From NCBI GenBank assembly GCA_964016885.1, contig OZ024741.1, positions 29,574,001 to 29,638,000 of the forward strand: a stretch of 64,000 bases of DNA, written 5' to 3'. The stretch is from Eledone cirrhosa. Taxonomy: Eukaryota. Of the stretch, positions 48,540 to 61,980 are shown in pieces (the stretch's first letter is position 1; each line of letters begins with the position of its first letter). The notes under the pieces are model-generated. The model did no database searches, was not told the DNA's origin, and saw only the letters and a program-made list of their open reading frames with translations. Both the position numbers and the translations under genes were made by a program.

Positions 48540-49560
48540 TCTTAAACATTTTCCAAAAATAATTTTAAAGGACATTTTCAATAAAAGTTTAGAAACTTTT
48601 TAAAGATAATTATGAAAATTGAAAATAACTTTGTTGTTAATTTTGAGAGAGTGTTTTATGAAATGTTTCATAACACAAAGATTTGACGAACATTTAGAGA
48701 AAACCTTTGAAGAAAATTTGATGGAAAATTTTCGAAAAATTAGTGAAAAAATTTGGAATGAATGCGCAGAATATTTTAAAGAAAATCTTTGCTGAAATAT
48801 ATTTACTGAAATATTTTGGAAATTATTTTGGAAAAATCTTAATGAAATTTTTTAAATGTTTTAAGAAACATTTTAGAGAAAATCTTACGAAATTTTAAAG
48901 GAAAAGTATAAAGAATTTGGTGTACAATAGAATATTTAGAAAATACTTTTAAAGAAGATTTTGAGGGTGCGTAATTTTCTAAGATTTTGAGAAGACGTTT
49001 CGAAAAAAATGTGAGGAAATTTTTTCAGAAAATTTCTGCTGAAATTTTAAGACAATCATATGACTATTTTTTAAAATGTTTGGGAAATATTTTTATGAAA
49101 TGATTTTGAGGACTAATTTTTTAGCAAACTTTTAAAATCTTCGAAAAACGTTTAAAGAAAATATCTGAAGATATTTTGAAAAAACGTTTTGATGAAATAT
49201 AGGGTTAAAATTTCGATTGTATAAGTCATGCAAAAGTAAGATCTGTGAAAGATACCCAGGATATTTCATCAAAGTTTTCAAAAATTTCATCAACATTCTC
49301 TTCAAAATATTTCAAAGATTTTCCTAACATTTTAGTCAAAATTATTTCAAAACTTTTCCCAAATGTTTTTAAAAGAAAATTTGAGATAGATGTTAAAGAA
49401 AAAACAAAAAAACCCCCCAAAAAAACGTTTTTCGAAAGCCATTGAAATCGTTTTTTTAATAATTTTGAAAGAAGATTTTGAGAAAAGTTTTGAGGAAAAG
49501 TTTGGAAAAAATAGAGAAAAATGTTGAGAAAATTGTAAAAAATGTTTTCCAGTAGAGGTT
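48540..49560. repeat. Low-complexity A/T-run (GAAAATTTT-like) degenerate repeat
   Basis: Dense alternating A and T tracts; no credible ORF. Confidence 0.6.
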
Positions 49561-50149
49561 TGGTGAAATTATCTTTTAAATGTAACCATCTGCATGTTCT
49601 GTTACACTCTATCACTAGACCACTTACATATTTTTTTTCAAATGTACATTTGAATAGATGCAATTTAAAATTTCTTTTGGTGATCATAGTGGAGGTTATG
49701 ATAAACGAACTAATTCGGATTTGATGCAGGTTGTGGTAGCAGCCGCGTAAGACTTTTTTTTTATCCTAATTGATTTTAAAATTTGAATAAAAGTTTTGGT
49801 GAAATTTTTGTTAAAATTTTAATAACAGTATAAAGACTAATTATCTGTCAAATCGTTATGGACCATTATTCACTAACTTTAAGTTATCATCTCATCAAAT
49901 AATGTCATTTTTACATTGTTCCTGTTAAAACATGTTCTCACCTATTTAAACATATTTCCACAACAGTAAAAGTACTGTGGAGAAAGAAAATCTTTAATCA
50001 GATATTTTCCGACTCGCAGACACATAAGTTTTAATTTCTTACTTTAATAATCCCTAATGAAAATAGATATTAAAGTAGAGCACATAAAACAAAAACAAGT
50101 CAGCGAACACTGTAAAATAATGTGCAAAAAGTGTAAGGTGAAGTTGTTT

Positions 50150-50620
50150 TCAATGTTTGTATGTGCCAACGATAGTTCAATAAATTTGGACAACGGGTTA
50201 TTAATTTAGAAGACGGTCACCGCTCTGAGTGCCCTGTCTCTTTTGATAATGATACGCTGAAAGTCGCTATTGAAAAGATCCCCATGAAACTGTAAGAGAG
50301 TTAGCAGAAGGGGTCAATTCAGTGCCATCAATCATCCATCACCATTTACAGTAAATTACACCGGTGTCTAAGTTAGGCTGGCGGATTAAACATGGGTAGA
50401 GTGAAAATGGAAGAGAACGCATCATCATCTGTAGTGTTCTTCATTTTCGAGAGAGTCATTCACCATTTTTGAACTGGCTAATAACCGATGAGGAAAAGTG
50501 GTTACTCCATAAGAATATTAAGCGCCATCAGTAGTCGGTCTAATCAGGACACCAAGCAAATTGCCAAATTCATGTAGACCGTCAATGAGATAAAAAATTC
50601 CTGCATAGAATATACCCGAC
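50150..50620 (+). pseudogene. Mariner transposase N-terminal/central relic
   Basis: LEDGHRSECP..FDNDTLKVAIEK (LEDEPRSGRP) and PFLNWLITDEEKW (FL.RIVTGDEKW). Confidence 0.75.
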
Positions 50621-51214
50621 ATTAATCCAAGCTGCACTTGTCGGATTAAAGGGAACTGTCCTCTCCAACAGAAATGCAATATCAAATCCGTTGGGTAGGA
50701 GGAAGAGATTACACACAACAATAGAGAAAATTCTGAAGTTACCGAAAGATACGTCGGTATGGTATAAGATTGTTTTAAACAACCTTTCTACACGCATCTC
50801 TACTCCTTTAGGAATCGTGACATGAGAACCAGTATAGCCCTGGCGAAAAAAGTCTAGTAATTAAAAGAGAAAGGAGTCCCACATAAGATCTCTTATGAGA
50901 TACTTGAAAGATCCAGTTCTTACACCATTGGTAACAAGAAATGTTTTCTATGTCTGAGTGAGAAATTTAGGATAATACAAGGATTGTCGGCGCCGAACAA
51001 TATTTATTTGAACTTAACACGCAACTGCTTGCCCCTTATCGAAACTACCTATCCTTTGGTCACTGCTACCCGGTGGTAGCTGTAAGAACTCCGAAACAAT
51101 TGTCGATTATTTCCTCTCTGCTACCTCTGGAACAAAAAGATGACGTCAGTCATCTAGAAAACACACTTGGTGTTTTGAGGCTGTTTGTTTGCAAACGAAC
51201 CGAATATTGATAAT

Positions 51215-51350
51215 ATTGCCTCTTTACGGTCTGAGTTCAAATCCCGCCGAGGTTAACTTTGCCTTTCATCCTTACGGGGTCGATAAAATAAAATACCAGT
51301 AATGCACTGGGATAATTGGTGGCCTTGTGCCAAAAGTAGAAACAATATTA
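51215..51350 (+). mobile_element. Meta-core SINE (5'-truncated)
   Basis: Closely matches 33983-34100. Confidence 0.8.
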
Positions 51351-51432
51351 TTATAATATTATTATTGTTACTATTATTCACTCATTCACTCATATATACA
51401 TTTAGGTATCCACCATGTTAGAGTGAAAACAA

Positions 51433-51527
<95 letters not shown>

Positions 51528-51535
51528 TGTGTGTG

Positions 51536-51568
<33 letters not shown>

Positions 51569-51645
51569 GTGTGTGTGTGTATATATATATGTGTGTGTGT
51601 GTCTGTGCGTGTGTGTATGTGTGTGTATATATGTGTGTGTGTGTG

Positions 51646-51698
<53 letters not shown>

Positions 51699-52259
51699 AG
51701 CTATATATATATACACTGGTATCCACCTTTCTATTGTGGGGCGAGTTATTTTATGTGTGTAGTTATTTGCAATTACTTCCGTGGTTTGGCTTGTATTCTA
51801 TCATGTAGGTAGTCTGATGTCTTTACGAAGTACAAGCAACACTCTGTAAATGTTAATAGAATATTTATGTTTGTGTAAATCTTTGTCTTCCACATTCTCT
51901 TGAAAAACTTCTCAGCACTTAAAATATAAAGGTTATCTGGAAATATTTTTAAAGTCCATGACTTTGCAGTGATTGAATGTTGTGGCTATTTGATGTCAGG
52001 CTCTGTATAAATCTTGACTAATAAATACTTCGTTTACCAGAATGTAAGTGAAAATGCATGTAAGTATATTTTAACATTTAAACATATGTTATGTACTTAT
52101 ATATACATATGTTAGTTTGTATGCACCTATAGATATATATTTGTGTACGCGTGTGTGTTCATGTGTGCAAGTATGTATGTGTAGGCATATGTATTAGTCT
52201 CTCTTTCCCTTCCCCTCACTCTCACTCTCTGTCTCTCTTTATGTCTGTCTCTCTCTCTC

Positions 52260-52398
<139 letters not shown>

Positions 52399-52484
52399 AT
52401 TTTGAATCAATTTTAGCAGCATTGTGACAATTTGAAATGTTAAAATTACTCAAAGGCCCAGACAATTCTTATGATGAACCATAA

Positions 52485-52540
52485 AACCATGCTTTCTTAT
52501 TCAAAATGTTCCGCCTTAATAGACTCTCATCAGTAAGCAT
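52485..52540 (-). ncRNA. Degenerate hammerhead motif
   Basis: CTTA-CTGATGA-GAGTCTATTAAGGC-GGAA-CATTTTG-AA-TAAG; core altered. Confidence 0.35.
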
Positions 52541-53024
52541 ATCTAAGATTATTTTTCACGGTGGACAAATCGTAGGCTTGTATAGCGACTGTAAGGTGAA
52601 AGTGGGAATGGTAAGAAATAGATTGTGGTAGAGTCAGTTCACTAAAAGTAAAAAATCTGTAGCGGTTAATATAGGCTTGGAGGAGTTTAAACGGTTCATT
52701 ATAGAACTTTAATGCATTTTGAGTATAAAAATAAATTCAGCAATTTCTGTTTAACAATACATATATATAGAATCTTATTAAAATATATTCTCAAACATCA
52801 TACAATATATTTGAGAATAAGAATTAGTCACATTTTGTAGGTACACAGTCTCTTGAACATTAACCTTTTCAAAACAATTTATATTTCCAAATACAACAAA
52901 CTACAGAACATATGCGAGAGCATATATCTGAGACTGTAGGTACACATTCTGTAGAACATTAACCTTTCCAAAACAATTTTTATATTTTCAAATACAATAT
53001 AAGTAAATTATGGATCATATTTCA

Positions 53025-53119
<95 letters not shown>

Positions 53120-53162
53120 ACATATATATATGTATGTATGTATATATATATATATATGTATG

Positions 53163-53557
53163 TATTGGTAAACGGAATAGAAAATGCTGACAAATTGTTC
53201 ACAGTTGAAAAATGGTTTAATTAGGAATAAAAGAGTATTAGTAATTGTATGGGTTAGTATTCAGTTGTGGTTTTAAGTTTTTAAGTTTTTACCGGTTGCG
53301 CATTTCTAAATGCTTTTCAAAAATAATTTTGAGATAGAGTGTCCGTGATGTTTGATCTGATCAGAGCAAACAGCACGGACACTCTATCTCAAAATTATTT
53401 TTGAAAAGCATTTAGAAATGCGCAACCGGTAAAACTTAAAAACTTAAAACCACAACTGAATACTAACCCATACAATTACTAATACTCTTTTATTCCTAAT
53501 TAAACCATTTTTCAACTGTGAACAATTTGTCAGCATTTTCTATTCCGTTTACCAATA
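53163..53557. repeat. Near-perfect 395-bp palindrome
   Basis: Centre TCTGA|TCAGA at 53360/53361. Two mismatches near the centre and one 1-bp indel seen. Confidence 0.97.
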
Positions 53558-54400
53558 TATAATAACTTGTGTGTTACACCTCTATTCTTTTAACTATATG
53601 TATGTATATATAGTTATATTCGACTGTAGGTAGAAATTCTGTAGAACATTTACAAAACAATTTATAATTCCGAATACAACATGAGTACACACTTTTCTAG
53701 TAAATTAATACAATTACTTTAATATTTATACCATATAATATTAATTTTAACCAAGATAGGAAACATTTGCAAAATATACTCTCATTCACTAACAATACGA
53801 TTACACGAAACGAGTAAAATAAGTTTTTCCTTAGTTTAGCTTTGCAATTTGATAATTATCTCTTAAAGAAACAACATTATACTAAATGATAAACTTAGAA
53901 TTTAGATTAATCTTAGACTCAACATTACATTTTTAATTACATTTATTTAATTATTGAATTGGCAACGTAAAATTATGTTTTAAAATCATCAATTAAGTTT
54001 AATTATATATGTTTTTCAAGTGGAAATTTACATAACAAAAATTAATCCAGTTAATGCAAACATGCATTTCATGTTTAGATATTATTTACTTCAGTAGAAT
54101 TCTAAACGTAATGTGTCATAGTTAAGTCTATATTTCAATATATTCCTTTTCAAAAAACGTCCTCATAATTTGTTCTAATATTTTATTAATAACGTATTTT
54201 GTAAATGATGCCAGTGTTTTATCATTGACAGGAATATACAGGTTATTGATTGGACAGTACTCTGTAAAACATAATGGTATTTAAAGTAATGTTCATTGTA
54301 TATTCACTTCATTTTTGCGTCTAATTAAATTAAAGTTGTCTTAGCACGAATAACAAGAAACGTAATTCATTCTGTCGTGTTTCTTTTTAGGCTACATTTA

Positions 54401-54441
<41 letters not shown>

Positions 54442-54493
54442 TCTCTCTCTCTCTTTCTCTCTCTCTATATATATAAATACATATATATATATA

Positions 54494-54570
<77 letters not shown>

Positions 54571-54602
54571 CACACATATAAATATATATACATATTTATA
54601 TA

Positions 54603-54643
<41 letters not shown>

Positions 54644-54645
<2 letters not shown>

Positions 54646-54739
54646 CGAAGACACACACACGTATATATATATATATATATATATATATAAGTATGTATGT
54701 ATACGTACATACATATATGTATAAAGACGTACAGTAGCA

Positions 54740-54805
<66 letters not shown>

Positions 54806-55235
54806 CAGGTACACATACATATATGTACGTATCAGTTTAGCGGACGCTTACTATAGCGCCCGCTTTGTTCGTTTGTAAACAAACTGAACAGCCTGAATTT
54901 ATGCCGCACGGTGTTAAGGCAACCACGTCACCTTTTTGTTCAACACTGACACAGGAACGATGTACTAGTTTCAAGCTTGTTAGCTATCATCAGCACCGTA
55001 TACCCTTCTGCCAGATGGTTGAACGTTCGAAAGTATATACTTTCCTTATGAAAATTAACGGCTGAGCAGCCTAATTTGCATATCGAGTGAGTTAAATCGG
55101 TCAGGCGCACCGAAAACGATGAGTTGTAATAAATTGAAAACGAAATTTCCTTTCTCACTCTTAGTACGGCACTTACTTAAATGTAAGTATGTATGTATAC
55201 GTACATAGATATATGTATACCGACGTACAGTAGCA

Positions 55236-55283
<48 letters not shown>

Positions 55284-55307
55284 CGTACATATATGTATGT
55301 GTACCTG

Positions 55308-55338
<31 letters not shown>

Positions 55339-55500
55339 GCATGCTACTGTACGTCTGTATACATATATGTATGTACGTATACATACATACTTACATTTAA
55401 GTAAGTGCCGTACTAAGAGTGAGAAATGAAATTTCGTTTTCATTTTATTACAACTTATATATATATACATACATATATATACATGTGTTTGTGTCTTCGT
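54644..55500. repeat. Nested inverted repeats surrounding an HHR
   Basis: 55122-55260 is inverted to 55320-55456. 54690-54832 is inverted to 55281-55392. The outer ends ACGAAGACAC and GTGTCTTCGT are inverted. Confidence 0.85.
54957..54999 (-). ncRNA. Minimal type I hammerhead ribozyme
   Basis: ACGGTG-CTGATGA-TAGCTAACAAGCTT-GAAA-CTAG-TA-CATCGT. Confidence 0.8.
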
Positions 55501-55734
55501 TTGTGCGTGTGTGTATAGACACGTGACTCACTAGTATTTGTGAGGAAAGCGTTATCTGGATTGAATAGATATATGTAATTATGTCTCTTTATATTATAAT
55601 AATTGTTATTTCTATCAAACTGTCCAAGACAACCAGTGGTTCTCTCATATGTAATTCTTAGTTTAATGTTCAGATATACAAATAAATGTTTCTCGTGATC
55701 AACTTAGGTAAAATGTTTAAAACACCAACATTAT

Positions 55735-55920
55735 TGTTTCCACTTTTGGCACTAGGCCAGCAATTATACCAGTGTATAACTGGTACTTATTTTATCGACC
55801 CCGTAAGAATGAAAGGCAAAGTTAACCTCGGCGGGATTTGAAGTCAGATAGTAAAGGGGTGTAACTCTATGCTGCAAAGCATGGCATCCAACCCTCTACA
55901 GATACTGACCGTTCAAAACA
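55735..55920 (-). mobile_element. Meta-core SINE
   Basis: Reverse complement of the same core as 33911 and 51215. Confidence 0.8.
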
Positions 55921-56167
55921 CCAACATAATGTTAGCAAGCTCAATTATTTTAGAAAATCCTTTCAAATTGGTAATTAATATCAATATTGTAAAATATGGA
56001 CAGGGTTTTTCAGTAAAAAGTAGCACAACAGTTAAATGTAATAGTTTGTTATTTAAAAATTCAAGAGAAACTGTATTGTTACGAATGCTATAGTATAACA
56101 TCGGATAAACCTATAGATGTTAGCCGTCATTACATTTGTAAACTAATTAAGATTAATTAGATATAGT

Positions 56168-56430
56168 GGAGGCGCGTGGCCTAGTGGTCAGGGTGTTGTA
56201 CTTCGATCATAATGCCGTGGGTTTGATTCCTGGGCTGGGCTTCGTGTTGAGTTCTTGATCAAAACACTTCATGTCACGTTGTTGCAGTATACTGAGCTAA
56301 AGATGAGTACCAGCAATATTTGGAGGTTTAACTCTGTAATCCACAGGCGTCCTTCCAGGGTAACTCTCAGTCGCTTCAACCCATGAAAACGGGATAAGCG
56401 TTGGTCTAACGAGCCCTTGGCCTGAGACAG
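56168..56430 (+). mobile_element. tRNA-derived SINE
   Basis: A box TGGCCTAGTGG, B box GGGTTTGATTCC, core ..AAAACACTT..ATGAGTACCAGC. Confidence 0.75.
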
Positions 56431-57007
56431 ACATTAGATTTAGATATAGTAAAGATTGTCCATTGTCTACACAACTTCACTAGATACTTTTTATATTTTC
56501 CATAGCAATTTATAGCTTAACAGCAAAACACTTGTCAGCAGGAGCCTCGTTTGCTTTAAAAATGTTGGGGGGATAAACCAACATTTGTTGATTCTTAAAG
56601 GAGCATAAATTGCTTAGGGTGCCTTTCCCGGACCCTATCACATAAGTAAAATCTTACGGTAATTAAATTTTATAAATTCAAATGAAGTTCAGATATAAAA
56701 ACTAAGGTTAAAAATAATTTAATATATCAAATAAAAAAAAATAAAATATAGACGTTTGAAAAGTCTGTGTGTGTGTGTGTGTATAGGGGGGGGGGGCTTG
56801 TCTCCTGGTACCCCCTAAAACAAGGCCCTTCTTGTCAGAAATTTCTAATATTCCTGTCAACAGATTGGCCTATATATATATATATATATATATATATAAC
56901 GAAGGAAATGTGGTAAGGAACCAGGTGGACCATAACGCACCAAAGTACTCAATACTTGAGGTAGTAGAGTAGGTAATAGGAACCAGTAGTTCCTATATAT
57001 ATATATA

Positions 57008-58641
57008 TTTAGCCTAAGAAAATATCTATATACGTGTGTAATTTATACACGCATATATTTATTTTTTTAATTTCAATTGAGTTTTTAACACGTTGGATTG
57101 GTAATGTTTTCGAAAAAACTGATTAAGCCGCGTGTTTATTATTATTATTTTTTCCTCCTTTCGTTGATCGTAGTTGTCTCCCCTTCCCGCTTAGTGACGC
57201 TATAATACTTCCTCAGTCAAAAACTGCTGGAATTTCAAATTTGCCGGTCATTCGATGCGGGAAGGAGCAACTTAACAGACACGATTTTTAACTCTGGTAA
57301 GAAATGGTTTTCTTATATCAAAGTTTAATGGGCTTCCACTGATGATTTAAAAGCGCCCACCTAAATATATTCTTACATGAATGTATATTAGGCTTCTACA
57401 TAAACTGGAAATATTCTCCGAATTTGTAGAAAACTTATAATGAAACAATTGCTTGGAAAGAGAGATATATTTTAACTTTAATTATATCTCATAAAATAAT
57501 ACAACTAGCTTTTCCACATAATACATATTGTTAGCACCCCAAACACTTAAATTGGGTTTATATTAAAATATAACCTAATGTTTGTTGAGTGAGATGGTTA
57601 CCAGTTAGAGATTAGCTTTAAACTATCTCTGTTATTGTATTAATATTTTACTCTTGATTGGCCAGAGGTGTTTATTTCCAGGTACCTTATAAATTTGACT
57701 TTCCGTATTTATTACTGTTGTGCGATATTGTGCTTTTTATTGGTTGTAACTTCTCTGTTTTTTAGCCTCAGAAAATATATATATGCCTATGTATACAATT
57801 ACATGCATACATTTATTTGTTTAAATTAATTGAGTTCTTTACACGAGGAATTGATATTGGTTTTGAAATAACTAATTAACCCGCGTGTGTTTTATACTTT
57901 ACTCTTAATTCGGCTGGAGATTTACATTCCCATTTGCCCTTTAAAGCATAACTTTCCGTATTTACTACGGTTACGAGATGCGGTTTCTTATTCAGGTACA
58001 ACCTCTGATTTTAGCCTAAGAAAATATCTATATACGTGTGTAATTTATACACGCATATATTTATTTTTTTAATTTCAATTGAGTTCTTAACACGTTGGAT
58101 TGATAATGTTTTCGAAAAAACTGATTAACCGGCGTGTTTATTATTATTTTTTTCCTCCTTTCGTGGATCGTAGTTGTCTCCCCTTCCCGCTTAGTGACGC
58201 TATAATACTTCCTCAGTAAAAAACTGCTGGAATTTCAAATTTGCCGGTCATTCGATGCGGGAAGGAGCAACTTAACAGACATGATAGTTAACTGTGGTAA
58301 GAAATGGTTTTCTTATATCAAAGTTTAATGGGCTTCCACTGATGATTTAAAAGCGCCCACCTAAATATATTCTTACATTAATGTATATTAGGCTTCTACA
58401 TAAACTGGAAATATTCTCCGAATTTGTAGAAAACTTATAATGAAACAATTGCTTGGAAAGAGAGATATATTTTAACTTTAATTATATCTCATAAAATAAT
58501 ACAACTGGCTTTTCCACATAATACATATTGTTAGCACCCCAAACACATAAATTGGGTTTATATTAAAATATAACCTAATGTTTGTTGAGTGAGATGGTTA
58601 CCAGTCAGAGATTAGCTTTAAACTATCTCTGTTATAGTATT
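57008..58641. repeat. About 1.6-copy tandem of an approximately 1-kb unit (57008-57641 and 58010-58641), flanked by (TA)n
   Basis: Direct repeat, with an older diverged partial copy at about 57760-57895. Confidence 0.92.
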
Positions 58642-58683
<42 letters not shown>

Positions 58684-58872
58684 GGACAAATATATATGTA
58701 TATATATATACATATATATACATATATATATGAAAAGTGTAATTTTCTACACAAAACGAAGGTTATAGAGAAAATTGAGGTTGGTAATGGCACATGGAAT
58801 ATATAAGAGACAGAATACTTTTTTGTGAAAAAACATAATTTTATAAGGTAAGGAAATAATAAAGGGTATAAA

Positions 58873-58919
58873 AAATGACCGGTTTCGATGGGTCTGCAAA
58901 AGCCATCTTTTCAAATGTT
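58873..58919 (-). ncRNA. Hammerhead-like motif with variant core in the Neptune pLTR
   Basis: ACAT-TTGAAAA-GATGG..CCATC-GAAA-CCGG-TC-ATTT. Confidence 0.55.
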
Positions 58920-59265
58920 GATTAATATTAAGAAAAATTAATAATACGAAGAGTTAAAACTTGAGATTTGAAAATTCAAGTATAACATTCATTGTGGGAT
59001 TTCATAGCAGTTTTCATCTAGGTAGCAACAACAGGTTGACTGCTGTGTCCCTTTCTGGTAGTGAATGAGAAGTTATTTGGGGTGTGGGTTATTTTATAAA
59101 GGTCAGATTTAGCAATCGTCAACTGGCCAGCTGCTGGTCAGTGAGGGGGTGGAAGCAATATATATACACATATCTTCCTGTGGTGGGTAGGAGAGTGGAG
59201 CGTGATAGAAAGGGATTTAGTGCACTTACACCTATATATACACACATACCTTCACCCACACATAC

Positions 59266-59298
<33 letters not shown>

Positions 59299-59667
59299 TA
59301 TATATATATATACATATACACACATACATACACCCACACAGAGAAATGGCCTCCAAATATATATATATATATACATACAGACATATTTTTCCATAATATA
59401 AGAAGTTGGGACAGTGAAATTAAAATACAAGTCATTCTGATCACATTGAGTTCTTCATGTAGATTGGGCCCCGCAACCGACAGTGGTGAATTCTGTGTGC
59501 GCATATATATATGGGTATATATGTGTGCACGTGCAGGGTTTAACATGGATGTGTTGGTCACACAAAGGCATGGTCTGTCAACGAATAAACCTGATTCTAC
59601 AGAATTGGTCTCTGGTCTTTAATAGTAGTGATTCCGTGCGTATGTGTGTTTATATTTTATGACAATT

Positions 59668-61944
59668 CTATTGGGGTGATAACCCGTTTAGTTTTGGTTT
59701 AAATTTGTTAAGGAATAGATTTTCTTTGTTTATTCTTTGTTGCTGTGTGAACGAATCTGAGCACTTGTAGAAGGGGAAGATTTTAAAGTTGGGTAGTGTC
59801 ATTCCTGCGCAGTTCGCAATATGGCTGCTCAAGGGGATTTTTCTTGTGTTAGCGTCCCGGATTTGTTGGCGGTGGATGGTCATTCTTTTGCGTAATGAGG
59901 TGCCCGTCTGTCCTATGTAGTTGTGTTTGCACCCACCGCAAGTTATTGCGTAAATCAAGTTCTCCGAGTTGCAGGTGAAATTGTTTTTTACTGTAAATGT
60001 TTGGCCATCTTTAAATGTAAATTTTTGTCCTTCAGTGAAGTAGAGGCACGTTCCACAGTTTGTTCTACCACATTTGGTAACTGTAGGGTTGAGGATTGGT
60101 TTGGGTATATTTGGTCCAGTGAGAATGCGTTTAAGTGATTTGGGTTGTCTTTTACTTTTAAGGATCTTGTGTGTTTCAAGAATAGACTTCATTTTTACAT
60201 CTTTAAGTAGGATGGGGAGGTTTTTGTGTAGGTGATCAAACATTTCGGTATTTCTGGGGTTGAAAGTGGATACATATGGCAGGGTGTTGAGTGTGGTTTT
60301 CTGTTTGGGATTGTTAAGTTGATGGGGATTTAGGTGTTTTGCCCTGTCTATTCCATTGTTGATTATTTCAAGCGGAAATGCTCTTAAGATAAGGGTGTCT
60401 TTTAGTTCCTTTAGTCTTTGCTCCTGTTTAGGTGGATCTGATACTATGGTTCATATACGTTTGGCCAAATTGTAAGGAATGTTAAGTTTTGTATGTTTTG
60501 GGTGACTTGATGTGAAAAAGAGGTATTGCTTGGAATCTGTGGGTTTATAGAATATATCTGTATCTAATTTCCCGTCTATTACAGAGATGAGAATATCCAA
60601 GAAGGCTAATTCCTTAGGATTGGATTCCATTGTGAACTGTATGTTATTATCTATGTTGTTTATGATGTTTTTAAACGTAGTAAGTGAGTTCATGTCTTCT
60701 TGCCATAGGATAAAGCAGTCGTCTAGATATCTTTTCCAATTGGCTTTGAGGTGTGTGTGGAAAGAGTCTCCAAATAAGAGAAGAGACTGACTGTATATTT
60801 GTTGTTCATGGAATCCCATGACTAGGTTGGCATATGTGGGTGCTACTTTCGTGCCCATTGCCGTACCTGATACTTGTCTGTATGTTGAACCATTGAATGT
60901 GAAGTAGTTATTTTGTAGGATAAAGCGGAGTCCGTCAGTGATAAAATCTGTGTTGATGCGTGTCGGTATTTCTGATGGGTGTGTGTTAAGCCAGTATTGG
61001 ACTGCTGTTATTCCATAGTTGTGAGGTATGTTTGTGTAGAGGTTTATTACGTCAAAGGAGACAAGAATTGTATTTGCACTTACTGTTTTAGGGAGGTGTT
61101 TCAGCATGTCAAGGTCATCTCGTATGTAGCTCTGTATATGTTGTAGAAAGGGTTTCAGTAGGATGTCCAGAAAGTTGCTAAGTCTGTGGGTTTCACATGT
61201 AGCGCCTGCTATAATTGGCCTGAGTTTTAGGTCTTCTGGTGGTGTTAGTTCAATGTAATTGTTGGTTGAGGTGTCACATGCATCGTTTATGGGTTTACAT
61301 TTGTGGAGTTTCGGTAAGCCGTAAAAAGAGCTTGTATTGCATTTGAAGTGGCTTATATAGTTAAACTCTTTTGTGGTTAAGCTGTTGCGGTATTTATTCA
61401 GTAAGGTCAAAAGGTTCCCCATTGTTTTGGTGTGTTTGTAGTTTTCTGTTTTTTCATAGTATGTGTTGTTTTCTAAAATGTTAAGTGCGAGGGTCCTATA
61501 GTAGTCCGTATTCATAATGACAACAGTACTGCCTTTATCGGCTTCTTTGATAGTTATCTCAGGGTTGTTTCTAAGTGTGAATAATTCTTCCCATTCGTGT
61601 GTAGATAGGTTTGATTTCGTGTGTTTATTTGTAATTTTTTCATAGGGAAAGTTGGTGATGTGTTCGCAGTACGTGTCCAGTGCTTTATTTCTTCCCTTTT
61701 GTGGGCAGAAATTGCTTTTATTTCTAACCAGTGATTCGTCTTCAGTGTTGCTGTCGTTGTGGAAGAATTCCGTTAGTCGCAGCTTTCGGCAGTATTCCAT
61801 GATGTCATCCTTCATTTCGGGGAAGTTTGGTTTACGTGGTGTAGGTGTAAATTTCAGGCCCTTACTTAAAATGTTGATTTGTGTGTTGGTTAGAGGTGTC
61901 TTTGAGAGGTTGATTATTTTTGGTTTCTCCTGAGGGGGGGCCAT
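59668..61944 (-). CDS. PLE RT-EN reading frame, open except for one in-frame TGA at 60451-60453
   Basis: ORFs 60451-61944 and 59668-60243 share a frame, and the 69 codons between them are open (TIVSDPPKQEQRLKELK..LPYVSTFNPRN). Confidence 0.8.
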
Positions 61945-61973
61945 CGAGTATCCTGGTATTTCAGGCTTTTCCC

Positions 61974-61980
61974 TAAAAAA
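61974..61980 (-). promoter_or_regulatory. Candidate -1 ribosomal frameshift heptamer U_UUU_UUA
   Basis: CCT TTT TTA GGG in the upstream ORF frame; the -1 frame is the RT frame. Confidence 0.6.

Noticed and set aside
56168-56240. tRNA gene (also 36300-36373)
   Set aside because: A and B boxes are present but no clean cloverleaf, and the sequence continues into a SINE body.
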